In this document: positions 37,734-48,776 of the stretch, one piece after another | Layout: every line of letters begins with the position of its first letter | Numbering within the stretch: the first letter of the stretch is position 1 | Origin: an uncultured Gemmatimonadales bacterium | GTDB taxonomy: Bacteria > Gemmatimonadota > Glassbacteria > GWA2-58-10 | Direction of reading: 5' to 3' | Assembly: GCA_964473155.1 (NCBI GenBank) | Contig: CAYYNT010000014.1 | Location: 1,041-65,040 of the forward strand | Length of the DNA: 64,000 bases | The notes under the pieces: model-generated | What the model was told of the DNA's origin: nothing | The model's database searches: none | The model's input: the letters and a program-made list of their open reading frames with translations, nothing else | Translations under genes and position numbers: made by a program

Positions 37734-38369
37734 TTACTTCGAGTACAATTCCACAATCAACTGCTCATGCGTCGCCACCGGGATATCGGCCCGGCCGGGT
37801 ATCTCGAGCATACGGCCGGTCTGCGACTTGTAATCCACGCTCAACCAGTTGACCGGCTCCTGCTTGCCGCGCCGCTCGATGGTCGAAAGGATCAGTCCGA
37901 GCTGACGGCTCTTTTCGCGCACCGAAATTTCCTCGCCCGGTATCACCTGATAACTCGGGATGTCCACCACCTTGCCGTTGACCGTGATATGGCTGTGGCG
38001 CACGAGTTGCCTGGCGCTTTTCAGGCTGGGCGCAAGCCCAAGGCGGTAAACGATGTTGTCGAGACGGGTTTCGAGAAGCTGAAGAAGGTTCTCACCCGTG
38101 ACACCGCTCTTGCGTGACGCCTTCACGAAATAGTTGCGGAACTGCTTTTCAAGCAAACCGTAAATCCGCTTGACTTTCTGCTTCTCTCTCAACTGCGTGT
38201 TGTAATCGCTGGTCTTGCGGCGGCGGGCGGCGTTCCTTCCGTGCTGCCCCGGCGCAAAAGCGCGACGCTCCACCGCACATTTGTCGGTGAAGCAACGCTC
38301 GCCTTTCAGGAAGAGCTTGGTCCCTTCCCGGCGGCAGAGTTTACAATTGGCATCCAGATAACGTGCCAT
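37734..38369 (-). CDS. rpsD: 30S ribosomal protein S4
   Basis: CKLCRREG...C...C zinc form, QLREKQK, LETRLDNIVYR. Confidence 0.98.
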   Translation of the reverse strand: MARYLDANCKLCRREGTKLFLKGERCFTDKCAVERRAFAPGQHGRNAARRRKTSDYNTQLREKQKVKRIYGLLEKQFRNYFVKASRKSGVTGENLLQLLETRLDNIVYRLGLAPSLKSARQLVRHSHITVNGKVVDIPSYQVIPGEEISVREKSRQLGLILSTIERRGKQEPVNWLSVDYKSQTGRMLEIPGRADIPVATHEQLIVELYSK

Positions 38370-38397
38370 TTAGGCTCCTCCAAAAATCACTGATATA

Positions 38398-38796
38398 TTA
38401 TACACGCCTGCGCTTGGGCGGCCGGCATCCGTTGTGCGGGATCGGGGTGCAATCCCGGATCGATTTAATGGTGAGGCCCGCTGCCTGAATGGCCTGGATC
38501 GCCGATTCGCGTCCGCTTCCAGGTCCCTGGACTTTAACGTGCACCCGCTTCATCCCCAGGTTTATCACCTCGCGCGCTGCGTTCTCCGCCACTGTCTGCG
38601 CAGCGAAAGGTGTACTCTTCTTCGAGCCTTTGAAGCCTACTTTGCCCGCACTGGCCCAACTCACCGTATTACCGTTCAGATCCGTGATGGTAACGATGGT
38701 GTTGTTGAAACTGGCCTTGATGTGGGCCACTCCCTCGGCTTCCACCTTCTTGACCTTCTTTTTTACCTTCGATCCTTTTTTGGATGGACTGGCCAT
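38398..38796 (-). CDS. rpsK: 30S ribosomal protein S11
   Basis: [33 protein letters not shown]. Confidence 0.98.
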   Translation of the reverse strand: MASPSKKGSKVKKKVKKVEAEGVAHIKASFNNTIVTITDLNGNTVSWASAGKVGFKGSKKSTPFAAQTVAENAAREVINLGMKRVHVKVQGPGSGRESAIQAIQAAGLTIKSIRDCTPIPHNGCRPPKRRRV

Positions 38797-38869
38797 TGAT
38801 ACTCCTGTAAGTTTAAGATCGCACCGGACACGGACAAAATCGCTCCGTACTCACGGCGCAGGCTGCCTG

Positions 38870-39253
38870 TTATTTCTTAGCCTTGGCCTTCTTCTTACCC
38901 GCTATCGCCTTGCGCGGTCCCTTGTGCGTGCGGGCGTTCGTGTGCGTGCGCTGCCCGCGCACCGGCAGGTTGCGGCGGTGACGGAGACCGCGGTAACAGC
39001 CGATATCCATCAGCCGCTTGATGCTCATGCTGATCTCGGTGCGCAGCGCACCCTCGACCTTGTAGTCCCGCTCGATCACACTGCGCAGACGGGCCGCTTC
39101 GTTATCCGTCAGATCGGCAACTTTGGTGTCCGGGTTAATCCCGGTCTTTTCGAGAATCTCGTTGGCCGATGCTCTCCCGATGCCGAAAATGTAAGTCAGG
39201 CCAATCTCAACCCGCTTATTCCTCGGGAGGTCTACTCCTGCTATACGAGCCAT
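38870..39253 (-). CDS. rpsM: 30S ribosomal protein S13
   Basis: [24 protein letters not shown]. Confidence 0.98.
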   Translation of the reverse strand: MARIAGVDLPRNKRVEIGLTYIFGIGRASANEILEKTGINPDTKVADLTDNEAARLRSVIERDYKVEGALRTEISMSIKRLMDIGCYRGLRHRRNLPVRGQRTHTNARTHKGPRKAIAGKKKAKAKK

Positions 39254-39289
39254 AAACTGTCTCCAGACTGGTATTGGCGTTAGGGGTTA

Positions 39290-39403
39290 TCAACCCTGAC
39301 GTTGCTTGTGCTTGGGGTTCTTGCAGATAATACGCACTACCCCCCGCCGGCGAATGATCTTGCAGTATTCGCATATTTTCTTTACTGAACTGCGTACTTT
39401 CAT
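39290..39403 (-). CDS. rpmJ: 50S ribosomal protein L36
   Basis: Not in the ORF track; reads [37 protein letters not shown]. Confidence 0.97.
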   Translation of the reverse strand: MKVRSSVKKICEYCKIIRRRGVVRIICKNPKHKQRQG

Positions 39404-39430
39404 CTTCACTCCACTGTCCTGGTATTTATA

Positions 39431-39649
39431 TCATTTGTACCGGTACGTTATCCGTCCGCGGCTGAGGTCATACGGGCTTAGCTCGAGAGCCACCTTGTCT
39501 CCGGGAAGAATCCGGATGAAATTCATCCGCATCTTTCCGCTTATGTGAGCCAGGACCTCGTGCTTGTTTTCAAGCTCCACCCGGAACATCGCATTCGGCA
39601 GCGGCTCGATCACCGTACCGGTCACCTGAATTGCATCTTCCTTAGGCAT
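39431..39649 (-). CDS. infA: Translation initiation factor IF-1
   Basis: [29 protein letters not shown]. Confidence 0.98.
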   Translation of the reverse strand: MPKEDAIQVTGTVIEPLPNAMFRVELENKHEVLAHISGKMRMNFIRILPGDKVALELSPYDLSRGRITYRYK

Positions 39650-39684
39650 AAAGTTTCCTGCAAAAGTGTTGAGCCGGCGCTGTT

Positions 39685-40437
39685 TCAGGCCAGGGTCAAT
39701 ATCTCAGGACCGTTCGGCCCCACGGCGATTGTGTGCTCTATGTGCGCACTGAGCTTACCATCCGCCGTGACAACAGTCCATTTGTCATCGAGGGTCCGAA
39801 CATTGTGGGTCCCCTCGTTAACCATCGGCTCAATGGCCAGCACCAGCCCTTCTTTCAGCGGATAACCGATTTTCGGCCGCCCGTAATTCGGCACCTGCGG
39901 GTCCTCGTGCAGGCTCTGTCCGATTCCGTGTCCCACCAGGTCCCGGACCACGGAATATCTGTCCGCCTCCGCCACTTTCTGAACCGCTGCCCCGATATCC
40001 CCGATCCGGTTGTTGACCACCGCCTGCGCGATCCCGGCCTCCAGCGCCCGCCGGCAACTGTCGATAAGCCTTGCCCGGCGCTCATCCGCCGGTCCGACAC
40101 AAAACGTGGCCGCGGCATCGGCGTAGTATCCGCGGTGGAACGCGCCGACATCGACGCTCACCACATCCCCTTCTTTAAGCCTGCGGCCGCTCTTGGGAAT
40201 CCCATGAACGACCTCATCGTTCAGGGAGACACAGAGCGTATTCGGGAACCCGCCATAACCTTTGAATGCCGGCCGGCTGTCCGGATACGACAGGATAATG
40301 GACTCGGCAATCTCATCCAGTTCAAGAGTCGAAATGCCCGGACGTATTTCTTGTTCCATCCTGGCCAGCACCTCGGCCACTATCTTGCCCGCTTCCCTGA
40401 TCTTATCAATCTCGAAACGAGTCTTGAGAAACACCAT
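39685..40437 (-). CDS. map: Methionine aminopeptidase type I
   Basis: [21 protein letters not shown]...HEDP, AIEPMV, SAHIEHT. Confidence 0.97.
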   Translation of the reverse strand: MVFLKTRFEIDKIREAGKIVAEVLARMEQEIRPGISTLELDEIAESIILSYPDSRPAFKGYGGFPNTLCVSLNDEVVHGIPKSGRRLKEGDVVSVDVGAFHRGYYADAAATFCVGPADERRARLIDSCRRALEAGIAQAVVNNRIGDIGAAVQKVAEADRYSVVRDLVGHGIGQSLHEDPQVPNYGRPKIGYPLKEGLVLAIEPMVNEGTHNVRTLDDKWTVVTADGKLSAHIEHTIAVGPNGPEILTLA

Positions 40438-40453
40438 CTGCGTTCACTCCCGG

Positions 40454-41758
40454 TCACATTGAACGGCGGCTGGGCAGTTTGCCCTTCTTCATGAAGCCAT
40501 CGTAGTGACGGATAAGCAGGTGGCTCTCCATCTGCTGAATCGTGTCAAGCGCCACACCAACCACAATCAGCAGGCTGGTGCCGCCGAAATAGAACGGCAC
40601 GTTCATCCATCGCATCAGGTACATAGGCAGGACCGCAATCGCAGCCAGGAAAATCGAGCCTGGCAGAGTGATGCGTGTCAGGACCCGGTCGATATATTCG
40701 GCCGTCTTCGCGCCCGGACGTATGCCGGGGATAAAACCGCCCTGGCGCTTGAAATTCTCCGCCAGGTCCACCGGGTTGAAAATCACCGCGGTGTAGAAAT
40801 AGGTGAAGAAAATAATCATCAGCGTGTAGATGATCACATACGAATCCGTACGCGGCTGAAACCAGGCGGCGATATCCTCCAGAATGCTTCCCGGGGCCAG
40901 GAACGTGCCCAGAGTCGCCGGCACGACAATAATCGACTGGGCGAAAATGATCGGCATGACACCGGCGCTGTTTATTCTCAGCGGCAGGTGCGTCTGCTGC
41001 CCGCCCATCACCTTGCGTCCGACCATGCGTTTCGGGATCTGGATCGGTATCTTGCGCGCGCCCAGGGTCATCACGATCACGCCGGCGACGATCGCCACCA
41101 TCACCACAATCAGCAGCAGCATCGGGATTATCCCGATCACGTCGTTACGCAGCATTTCGATCGACTGGAAAATCGCGCCGGGGAAACGGTCCACGATTCC
41201 GAAGAAAATCAGCAGGCTCATGCCGTTGCCGATCCCGCGCTCCGTTATCTGCTCACCCAGCCACATTATGAAGACTGCGCCAGTAGTCAGGGTGACGACA
41301 GTGGTCACCCGGAACATCCAGAGGTTCTGCATGCTCACCGCGCCAAGGCTCTGCAGGAATGTGGCTATACCCACGGCCTGGATGAAACTGAGCACCACTG
41401 TTCCGTAACGCGTGTACTGGTTGATCTTCTTGCGCCCCTCCTCGCCCTCCTTCATCAGCTTCTCGAAATACGGAAACACCGGGGGCAGGAGCTGGAAAAT
41501 AATGGACGAACTGATATAGGGCATGATTCCCAGCGCAAAAACCGTGGCGCGCTGGAGCGCTCCGCCGGCGAACATGTCCATCAGGCCGAACAGGGTATTC
41601 TGCTGACTCCCGAACCACTCCATCAGCCGGCCGACATCTATTCCGGGAGTGGTAAGATGCCCGCCGATACGGTAGATGATCACGATCAGCAGGGTGAAAC
41701 CGAGTTTCCTTTTAAGTTCGGGAACATTAAATATGTTCTGCAGTCCCTGTACCGGCAT
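40454..41758 (-). CDS. secY: Preprotein translocase SecY
   Basis: FALGIMPYISSSII, WLGEQITERGIGNG, FIPGIRPG, GGTSLLIVVGV. Confidence 0.98.
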   Translation of the reverse strand: MPVQGLQNIFNVPELKRKLGFTLLIVIIYRIGGHLTTPGIDVGRLMEWFGSQQNTLFGLMDMFAGGALQRATVFALGIMPYISSSIIFQLLPPVFPYFEKLMKEGEEGRKKINQYTRYGTVVLSFIQAVGIATFLQSLGAVSMQNLWMFRVTTVVTLTTGAVFIMWLGEQITERGIGNGMSLLIFFGIVDRFPGAIFQSIEMLRNDVIGIIPMLLLIVVMVAIVAGVIVMTLGARKIPIQIPKRMVGRKVMGGQQTHLPLRINSAGVMPIIFAQSIIVVPATLGTFLAPGSILEDIAAWFQPRTDSYVIIYTLMIIFFTYFYTAVIFNPVDLAENFKRQGGFIPGIRPGAKTAEYIDRVLTRITLPGSIFLAAIAVLPMYLMRWMNVPFYFGGTSLLIVVGVALDTIQQMESHLLIRHYDGFMKKGKLPSRRSM

Positions 41759-42198
41759 TAAAGCACCTCCACCTTGCCGCCTGCGGCCTCGATCATCTCA
41801 CGGGCCTTGGCGCTGAAAGCGTGGGCGGAAACCGAGACAGCGAAAGTCAACTCACCCTTGGCCAGGACCTTGACCGGACCCTTGTTACGGCTGATCAGTC
41901 CCAAGTCGGCCATATCATCCGGGGTAAGGCTTTCACGCTGCCCGATGCGGCTGATATCCTGCAGGTTCACCACCTGGTACTCAGTACGGAAGGGGTTGAA
42001 AAATCCGCGCTTCGGGATGCGGCGCTGCAGAGGCATCTGTCCGCCCTCAAACCCGGCGCGCACCTTGCCGCCGCTGCGCGCTCTCTGTCCCTTGTGGCCG
42101 CGCCCGGCCGTATTGCCATGACCGGTGCCGCGCCCGCGTCCAACACGCTTGCGCTCCTTGTTCGCCCCCTCGGGTTTTTTAAGATCAGACAACTTCAT
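41758..42198 (-). CDS. rplO: 50S ribosomal protein L15
   Basis: RVGRGRGTG, GFEGGQMPLQRRIPKRGF. Confidence 0.98.
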   Translation of the reverse strand: MKLSDLKKPEGANKERKRVGRGRGTGHGNTAGRGHKGQRARSGGKVRAGFEGGQMPLQRRIPKRGFFNPFRTEYQVVNLQDISRIGQRESLTPDDMADLGLISRNKGPVKVLAKGELTFAVSVSAHAFSAKAREMIEAAGGKVEVL

Positions 42199-42259
42199 CG
42201 GACCGTTCCATTCTTAGAGTTTTAGCTTTGTCTGAAGGCTTCTGTCTGAAGTCTCAGTC

Positions 42260-42445
42260 TCAGTCGGCTTCCTCGACTTTGACCAGGTGGCGCACTTTGA
42301 AAACCATCCCGCGAACCTGCGGGGTGTCGCCGTGCACGACACTGGTCTGATGGCGCGTAAGGTTCAGCGCCTCGAGGGTGGCACGCTGTTTCGGGGGAGC
42401 GCCGATCCCGCTCTTTATCTGAGTGATTTTCAGTTTCTTAGTCAC
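42260..42445 (-). CDS. rpmD: 50S ribosomal protein L30
   Basis: [19 protein letters not shown]; position in operon. Confidence 0.96.
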   Translation of the reverse strand: MTKKLKITQIKSGIGAPPKQRATLEALNLTRHQTSVVHGDTPQVRGMVFKVRHLVKVEEAD

Positions 42446-42968
42446 AGGTCGCCTCCATCATGACCCGGTCGCCGCGGGCCACCTCATCGCGTGTCACTCC
42501 GCGCAGGCGGGCGACAGCGTCGAGCGTGGTCATGCTGAGCAGACCTGCCAGCGTGGCCTTGGCCATGTTATGCGGGTTATTAGAGCCCAGCGACTTGGAC
42601 AGAATGTTCTGAATCCCGGCGCATTCGAGCACCGCGCGAACGCTGCTTCCAGCGATCACGCCGGCGCCTGGCGCGGCGGGTTTCAGCAGGACACGGCCGG
42701 CGCCGAATTCACCGACCACCTCGTGCGGTACCGTACCGCGGAGCACGGGCACTTCCAGCATGTTCTTCTTGGCGATCTCCACTCCCTTGCGGATAGCGTC
42801 GCTCACCTCGTTGGCCTTGCCCATGCCCAGACCGACCTTCGACTTGCCATCGCCGACCGCCACCAGAGCGCTGAAACTGAAACGGCGTCCGCCTTTCACC
42901 ACTTTCGCGCAACGGTTGATCGTGATGACATTCTCGATCAGTTCGCTTTTTTCCTTGTTGAAATCCAC
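42438..42968 (-). CDS. rpsE: 30S ribosomal protein S5
   Basis: [22 protein letters not shown]. Confidence 0.98.
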   Translation of the reverse strand: MDFNKEKSELIENVITINRCAKVVKGGRRFSFSALVAVGDGKSKVGLGMGKANEVSDAIRKGVEIAKKNMLEVPVLRGTVPHEVVGEFGAGRVLLKPAAPGAGVIAGSSVRAVLECAGIQNILSKSLGSNNPHNMAKATLAGLLSMTTLDAVARLRGVTRDEVARGDRVMMEATCD

Positions 42969-43017
42969 TTCCGCAACTCCTTGCCAGGAATTTCAGGATA
43001 CAGATATTATTTCGCTG

Positions 43018-43377
43018 TCAGAACTCCAGGCCGCCTTCACGGGCGCCCTCGGCGAAAGCCTTGATCCGGCCGTGATACAGGTAACCGCCACGGTCGAACA
43101 CCACCCGGGTGATACCCTTTTCGACCGCCTTGCGGGCCAGCGTCATGCCGACCAGCTTGCTGACTTCCGTCTTCTTCTTCCCGCTGCAGTCGATCTCACC
43201 GTTCAGGGAAGAAATACCCAGCAGCGTCACCCCGCGCTTGTCATCGACAATCTGCGCTTCGATGTTCTTCAGCGAGCGGTGAACAACCAGGCGGGGACGC
43301 TCGGTGCTGCCGGAGATGTTTTTCCGGATACGCACATGTCTTTTCAATCGTGCTGTTTCTCTGTCGAACGCCTTCAT
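43018..43377 (-). CDS. rplR: 50S ribosomal protein L18
   Basis: [20 protein letters not shown]. Confidence 0.98.
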   Translation of the reverse strand: MKAFDRETARLKRHVRIRKNISGSTERPRLVVHRSLKNIEAQIVDDKRGVTLLGISSLNGEIDCSGKKKTEVSKLVGMTLARKAVEKGITRVVFDRGGYLYHGRIKAFAEGAREGGLEF

Positions 43378-43462
43378 CGGTGTATTCCCGTACAGCTTGA
43401 GGATATGTTAGTTCCGCAGGCCTTCATCCCGAAGGGTTTCGGCCGGCGGTCAGATTACGCTG

Positions 43463-44011
43463 CTACTTGGCTCCAGCCTTGCCAGCCTTGCGCAGGATAT
43501 GCTCGCCGTCATAATGTATGCCCTTGCCCTTGTAAGGCTCCGGCGGACGGTAACCACGGATCTTTGCCGCAATTTCTCCTACAACCTGCTTGTTGATTCC
43601 ATTTACCACAATCTGGGTCGGCGCCGGGACCTCGAAAGAAACACCGTCCGGCGGAACAACCTCGATCTGATGTGAGAACCCCAGGTCCAGAGTAAGGGCG
43701 CCCTTGGTCTTGCTGCTCATGGAGGCCTTGTAACCGACGCCCTCGATGGCCAGACGCTTGGTGAAGCCAGTGGTGACTCCGGTGACCGCATTCAGCACCA
43801 GGGTTCTGGTCAATCCATGCAACGAGCGGTTGAACTTGTTGTCATCCGGACGGCGCACCACAATCTGATCCTCTGTGATTTCGAGGATCATGTTACGATG
43901 AATGCGCTCGACATTTTTACCCTTCGGGCCAGCAACCACGAGATTGTCATTCTCGCGGCTGATAGTAACTCCCTTGGGCAGTTGAATCGGCAGTTTTCCT
44001 ATGCGGGACAC
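43463..44011 (-). CDS. rplF: 50S ribosomal protein L6
   Basis: [22 protein letters not shown]. Confidence 0.98.
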   Translation of the reverse strand: MSRIGKLPIQLPKGVTISRENDNLVVAGPKGKNVERIHRNMILEITEDQIVVRRPDDNKFNRSLHGLTRTLVLNAVTGVTTGFTKRLAIEGVGYKASMSSKTKGALTLDLGFSHQIEVVPPDGVSFEVPAPTQIVVNGINKQVVGEIAAKIRGYRPPEPYKGKGIHYDGEHILRKAGKAGAK

Positions 44012-44074
44012 GAGGTCCTCCCGTATTTACCTCAGATTACTGAGATCGAATTGATAACCGCAAATTACCGGGCC

Positions 44075-44473
44075 TCACCAGACCTCGGCCAGCACCTCGC
44101 CGCCCACATGCAGCTTACGCGCCTCGCGGTCGGTGATAACTCCCCTGGAGGTGGAAATTATCGTCAGTCCCAGACCGTTACGAACACGTTTCAGCTCCTC
44201 GGACGCGCGATAGATGCGAAGACCGGGTTTGCTTACCCTGCGTGAACCTATCATCGCCGGAACATCGCCAGGACCGTATTTCAGATAGATCCTCAGGATG
44301 CCCTGATAATTGCCGGGAACCTCGCGCCAGTTGCGGATCATGTTCTCCCGCATCAGGATACGGGCGATTTCCCGTTTCAGGTTCGACGAGGGAACGTCCA
44401 CCCGGATATGCTTGGCCTTATACCCGTTACGGATGCGGGTCAGCATATCGGAAATGGGGTCAGTCATCGTCAT
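44075..44473 (-). CDS. rpsH: 30S ribosomal protein S8
   Basis: TDPISDMLTRIRN, SKPGLRIY, STSRG, GGEVL. Confidence 0.98.
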   Translation of the reverse strand: MTMTDPISDMLTRIRNGYKAKHIRVDVPSSNLKREIARILMRENMIRNWREVPGNYQGILRIYLKYGPGDVPAMIGSRRVSKPGLRIYRASEELKRVRNGLGLTIISTSRGVITDREARKLHVGGEVLAEVW

Positions 44474-44564
44474 TTTGCTCTCTCTGCGCTGTATTATTCG
44501 TTTTTTCATGCCGGCCGCCTGACCTGGCGGCCCGCTCAATCATATTCGATTTATTCGGCGCCTC

Positions 44565-44750
44565 TTACCAGCTCGCCTTACGCACGCCCGGTATCTTGCC
44601 CTGAAGGGCGAGCTGACGCAGGCAGATGCGGCAAAGGCCGAACTTGCGGTAATACGCCCGCGAGCGGCCGCACCTCTTGCAGCGGTTGTACTGGCGCACC
44701 TTGAATTTTGGCTTGCCGTTGCATTTCTCGATCAAGGCTTTCCTGGCCAC
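44565..44750 (-). CDS. rpsN: 30S ribosomal protein S14 (zinc-binding type Z)
   Basis: RCKRCGR...[13 protein letters not shown]. Confidence 0.97.
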   Translation of the reverse strand: MARKALIEKCNGKPKFKVRQYNRCKRCGRSRAYYRKFGLCRICLRQLALQGKIPGVRKASW

Positions 44751-44794
44751 TTATTCACCCTCTTTTTCTGGATGAGGTTCCTGTATTAGCCGCC

Positions 44795-45352
44795 TCAGGC
44801 GGTCCGTTGCGCAGCGGTTCGGAACGGCATTCCCAGCTCGCGCAGCAGAGCGAAAGCCTGGTCGTCCTTCTCCGTCGTGGTCACAAAAGTGATGTCCATC
44901 CCGTGCAGTTTCTCGATCTTGTCGAAATCGATCTCGGGGAAGATAACCTGCTCCTTGACTCCAAGAGTGTAGTTACCCCGCCCGTCAAAACTCTTGTTCG
45001 GAATGCCGCGGAAATCGCGGATGCGCGGTATGGCCACACTGATCAGGCGATCGACGAATTCCCACATCCGTTCGCCACGCAGTGTCACCCGGCAGCCGAT
45101 CTTCATACCGCCGCGGAGTTTGAAATTGGAGATCGATTTCTTGGCGCGTGTAATTACGGCATGCTGCCCGGTGATCTGGCGCAGCTCCTGCTGGGCGGTT
45201 TCCAGTTCCTTGGGGTTCTGGATCGCCGAACCCATGCCGCAGTTGATCACAACCTTTTCGAGACGCGGCACATCGAGGATGTTCTTGATGCCGAACTCTT
45301 CCTTCAACTTCGGCTGAATCACTTTGTTGTATTTCTCTTTGAGTCTGGCCAT
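44795..45352 (-). CDS. rplE: 50S ribosomal protein L5
   Basis: [22 protein letters not shown]. Confidence 0.98.
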   Translation of the reverse strand: MARLKEKYNKVIQPKLKEEFGIKNILDVPRLEKVVINCGMGSAIQNPKELETAQQELRQITGQHAVITRAKKSISNFKLRGGMKIGCRVTLRGERMWEFVDRLISVAIPRIRDFRGIPNKSFDGRGNYTLGVKEQVIFPEIDFDKIEKLHGMDITFVTTTEKDDQAFALLRELGMPFRTAAQRTA

Positions 45353-45424
45353 CGCCTGTATACCTGCTTGTTAGAAATTCATCCCTTTAGACGGCGAGAA
45401 TCCGGACCGCAGCGGACGGCTGTT

Positions 45425-45757
45425 TCAGGTCCTCGGTTTTTTAGGCAGAACCTCACCGCTCTTCTTGCTGATCCTGACCTTGCTGCCCTTCTCATCGTTC
45501 AGTTTGCTGCTGCGTACACGCACTCCCTTGCCGCTCTTGTCATCGAAAAGCATCAGGTTGCTCACGTGGATCGGGGCTTCCTTCTCCACTATTCCACCCT
45601 GAGGGCTTTTCTGCGTCGGGCGCTGATGGCGCTTGACCATATTCAGGCCCTTGACCAGTACGCGTTCCTTGTCCGGGTACACCTTGAGCACTTCACCCGT
45701 GCGTCCCCGGTGGTTGCCGGATATAACTATCACCTTGTCATTCTTCACGATATGCAT
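45425..45757 (-). CDS. rplX: 50S ribosomal protein L24
   Basis: DKVIVISG, GGIVEKEAPIHVSN. Confidence 0.98.
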   Translation of the reverse strand: MHIVKNDKVIVISGNHRGRTGEVLKVYPDKERVLVKGLNMVKRHQRPTQKSPQGGIVEKEAPIHVSNLMLFDDKSGKGVRVRSSKLNDEKGSKVRISKKSGEVLPKKPRT

Positions 45758-45783
45758 CTTGAGGCGCCTTCGTTTCCGTGTGA

Positions 45784-46152
45784 TTAAAGCACTTCCGGGG
45801 CAAGTGAAACTATTTTCATGAACTGCTTCTCGCGCAGTTCCCTGGCCACCGGCCCAAAGATACGGGTCGCCCGCGGCTCTTTCTTTTCGTCGATAATCAC
45901 GGCCGCGTTTTCATCGAACCGGATATAACTCCCATCCTTCCGGCGTGTCTCCTTGGCGCAGCGCACCACCACCGCTTTGGCGACATCTCCCTTTCGGACG
46001 GCTCCGTTAGGCAGAGCATCCTTGACCGCCACGATGATAATGTCTCCGAGCCGGGCGTAGCGGCGGCGGGTTCCGCCAAGCACCCTGATGCAAAGCGCTC
46101 TTTTGGCTCCCGAGTTGTCCGCTATCCTGAGAATTGTTTCCTGCTGTATCAT
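45784..46152 (-). CDS. rplN: 50S ribosomal protein L14
   Basis: [33 protein letters not shown]. Confidence 0.98.
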   Translation of the reverse strand: MIQQETILRIADNSGAKRALCIRVLGGTRRRYARLGDIIIVAVKDALPNGAVRKGDVAKAVVVRCAKETRRKDGSYIRFDENAAVIIDEKKEPRATRIFGPVARELREKQFMKIVSLAPEVL

Positions 46153-46226
46153 TTTCTTTCACCTGTCCACGGTTTGGGAATTCGTTTTCCCGTTTTCGGC
46201 CGTTTACACCACTGCCCGGAGAGAGT

Positions 46227-46484
46227 TCACTCGACCACGCTGGAGATAACCTCCACCACGCGCCAGCACTTGTTTTTACTGATCGGGCGGGTCTCCATGA
46301 TCCGGACCTGATCTCCGACCTTGCAGCGGTTGTCCTCATCGTGGGCCTGGAATTTCTTGGAGCGCCACACGGCTTTGCCGTAGACCGGATGATTGATCTT
46401 GCGTTGGATACGCACGATCACGGTCTTTTCCATCTTGTCGCTCACCACCATGCCGACACGTGTTTTACGAAAAGTTCTTTCCAT
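46227..46484 (-). CDS. rpsQ: 30S ribosomal protein S17
   Basis: [22 protein letters not shown]. Confidence 0.97.
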   Translation of the reverse strand: MERTFRKTRVGMVVSDKMEKTVIVRIQRKINHPVYGKAVWRSKKFQAHDEDNRCKVGDQVRIMETRPISKNKCWRVVEVISSVVE

Positions 46485-46528
46485 ATTTTTTCTCCACAAT
46501 TACTGACGGCTGTTTTCCCGTTCACTCG

Positions 46529-46741
46529 TCAGGCGCCGGCGGCCTTCCCCGAAGCGGACTCTATCTGCTCGAGGATGGTCAGACAACGCGCTATATCCTT
46601 GCGCATGCGCCTGAGCTGCAGCGGATTATCAATCTTGTGCACGGAGTGACGGAAAGAGAGCCGGAAATACTCCTCTTTCAAGTCGCTCAACTTCTGACGG
46701 ATTTCATCCGCGTTCAACTGTCTGATTTCCTGGGCTTTCAT
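46529..46741 (-). CDS. rpmC: 50S ribosomal protein L29
   Basis: [19 protein letters not shown]; position in operon. Confidence 0.95.
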   Translation of the reverse strand: MKAQEIRQLNADEIRQKLSDLKEEYFRLSFRHSVHKIDNPLQLRRMRKDIARCLTILEQIESASGKAAGA

Positions 46742-47172
46742 TCTTCGGCCCCCTCCTCCGTTATGGTCTCCCGGAAGATGACCTTAGTCTTGATCGGGAG
46801 CTTGTGAGAGGCCAGACGTAAAGCCTCCATCGCCAGCTCGCGCTCGACTCCGCCGATCTCGAACATAATCCGGCCGTTCCTGACCACGGCCACCCAACCC
46901 TCCGGGGCGCCCTTTCCCTTGCCCATGCGGGTTTCAGCGGGTTTTTTGGTGATCGGCTTGTCCGGGAAAATCCGGATCCAGACTTTCCCGCCCCTCTTGA
47001 TATGACGGGTCATCGCCACGCGGGCCGCCTCGATCTGACGGTTCGTGATCCATGCCGGTTCAAGAGCCTGGAGTCCGTATTCGCCGAAGCTCACGGATGA
47101 ACCCCGCCACGCGGCCCCGTTCATGCGGCCGCGCTGCTGTTTCCTGTACTTGATTCTCTTCGGGGCAAGCAT
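46738..47172 (-). CDS. rplP: 50S ribosomal protein L16
   Basis: [27 protein letters not shown]. Confidence 0.98.
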   Translation of the reverse strand: MLAPKRIKYRKQQRGRMNGAAWRGSSVSFGEYGLQALEPAWITNRQIEAARVAMTRHIKRGGKVWIRIFPDKPITKKPAETRMGKGKGAPEGWVAVVRNGRIMFEIGGVERELAMEALRLASHKLPIKTKVIFRETITEEGAEE

Positions 47173-47256
47173 TATTACTCCTCGAATTCAGGCCGGCTCA
47201 TCAAACCGGCATTGCTTTGACTTTTCTGTTATTCCGGAAACCGCTGGCCGCTCCGG

Positions 47257-47937
47257 TCAGGAACGCGCCGAGGCGGACTCTGCCTTACGCCCGACGGCTG
47301 CATTGCGCCGCGGCTGTATCACTTCACCCTTGCAGATCCAGACCTTCACGCCGATAGTGCCGAAAGTCGTGTGCGACGTGCTGGTGGCATAATCGATATC
47401 AGCACGCAGAGTGTGCAGAGGCACCCGGCCCTCATGATAACCCTCGGAACGGGCGATTTCAGCCCCGCCCAGACGGCCGCCGCACTTGATCTTGATGCCC
47501 TGCGCGTTCATCCGCATTGCCGACGTCACGGCCTTCTTCATCGCCCGGCGGAAACTCACCCGCTGGCTCAACTGAAACGCGACCCCGTCGGAAACAAGCT
47601 GGCTGTCGAGCTCGGGGTTCTTGATCTCCTCGATCTTGATGAAAATCTCATCCTTCGAGAGATGCGCCAGTTCATCGCGCAGCTTGTCGACTTCCTGGCC
47701 CTTGCGTCCGATCACCACGCCCGGACGCGCCGTATGGATGACCACCGTCATCTTCTGCGGCGTACGCTCGATAACCACCTTGCTGATTGCGGCGTGCGAC
47801 AGCCGGCTGTGCACGTACTTGCGGATCAGCTCGTCCTCTTTGAGCAGGCGCGAGAAATCACGTTCCGAAAACCAGACCGATTCCCAGCCTTTGACTATTC
47901 CGAGTCTGAATCCAACTGGATGTGTCTTCTGACCCAC
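47257..47937 (-). CDS. rpsC: 30S ribosomal protein S3
   Basis: [35 protein letters not shown]. Confidence 0.98.
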   Translation of the reverse strand: MGQKTHPVGFRLGIVKGWESVWFSERDFSRLLKEDELIRKYVHSRLSHAAISKVVIERTPQKMTVVIHTARPGVVIGRKGQEVDKLRDELAHLSKDEIFIKIEEIKNPELDSQLVSDGVAFQLSQRVSFRRAMKKAVTSAMRMNAQGIKIKCGGRLGGAEIARSEGYHEGRVPLHTLRADIDYATSTSHTTFGTIGVKVWICKGEVIQPRRNAAVGRKAESASARS

Positions 47938-48003
47938 TTGAGACTCCTTATTGCCTTATAGTTTTCCCGCCGCCTGCGGCGCATGCCGTGAACCTGATCC
48001 GGC

Positions 48004-48369
48004 TCACCGCGCGGTTTCAGGCTCCGGGACATCCAGGGCCACTGAAATGTGGCTCGTTCGTTTCAACATCGGTGTCGCGCGACCCATCGCGCGCGGCAGC
48101 CAGCGTTTCATGGTCGGTCCCTGGTCCACCCGAATCTCCCTGATGATGATGCTCCTGGTGTCCAGGTCCATGCTGCCAAGCTGATTCACTGCGTTCGAAT
48201 ACGCAGACTGCACCAGCTTGCGCACAGGCAGGGAGGCCGCCTTGTGTGTATAGCGGAGAATGGTGAACGCTTCCTCGATATTCTTTCCGCGGATCAGGTC
48301 GACCACGAGCTGGACCTTGCGCGAGGAGATGCGCACGTACTTGGCTTTCGCTTGAGCAATCATCTTCAT
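48004..48369 (-). CDS. rplV: 50S ribosomal protein L22
   Basis: SSRKVQLVVDLIRG, PRAMGRA, RTSHI. Confidence 0.98.
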   Translation of the reverse strand: MKMIAQAKAKYVRISSRKVQLVVDLIRGKNIEEAFTILRYTHKAASLPVRKLVQSAYSNAVNQLGSMDLDTRSIIIREIRVDQGPTMKRWLPRAMGRATPMLKRTSHISVALDVPEPETAR

Positions 48370-48463
48370 CTCTTGCAGATTGAGTTAAAACCTGCCGTCA
48401 CCGGACCTCTGCGCAACGGCTAAACCCGTATTCCCTTTCATTCACTCCCGGCTCTTCACATTC

Positions 48464-48751
48464 CTACTTGCGGGCCGTGCTTCGTTCAGCCAGCTTGCCG
48501 CCATGTCCGCGGAAAAAACGGGTCGGGGAGAACTCACCCAGCTTGTGCCCGACCATGTTCTCGGTGATATAGACCGGAATGAACTTGTTCCCGTTGTGCA
48601 CGGCCACGGTGTGCCCCACGAATTCCGGGCTGATGGTCGAGCGGCGGGACCAGGTCTTGATCACCTTCTTTTCCCCGGCGGTGTTCAGCGCATGAACCTT
48701 CTTGAGCAGGGAATCCTCAATGAAAGGACCTTTTTTTATCGATCTGGACAT
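48464..48751 (-). CDS. rpsS: 30S ribosomal protein S19
   Basis: [23 protein letters not shown]. Confidence 0.98.
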   Translation of the reverse strand: MSRSIKKGPFIEDSLLKKVHALNTAGEKKVIKTWSRRSTISPEFVGHTVAVHNGNKFIPVYITENMVGHKLGEFSPTRFFRGHGGKLAERSTARK

Positions 48752-48776
48752 GCTGTTTATTCACCCCTGTAACGGG

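Noticed and set aside
39281-39298. taggggtt...aaccct as another REP copy
   Set aside because: Overlaps the rpmJ stop and lacks a palindromic core; probably coincidental.
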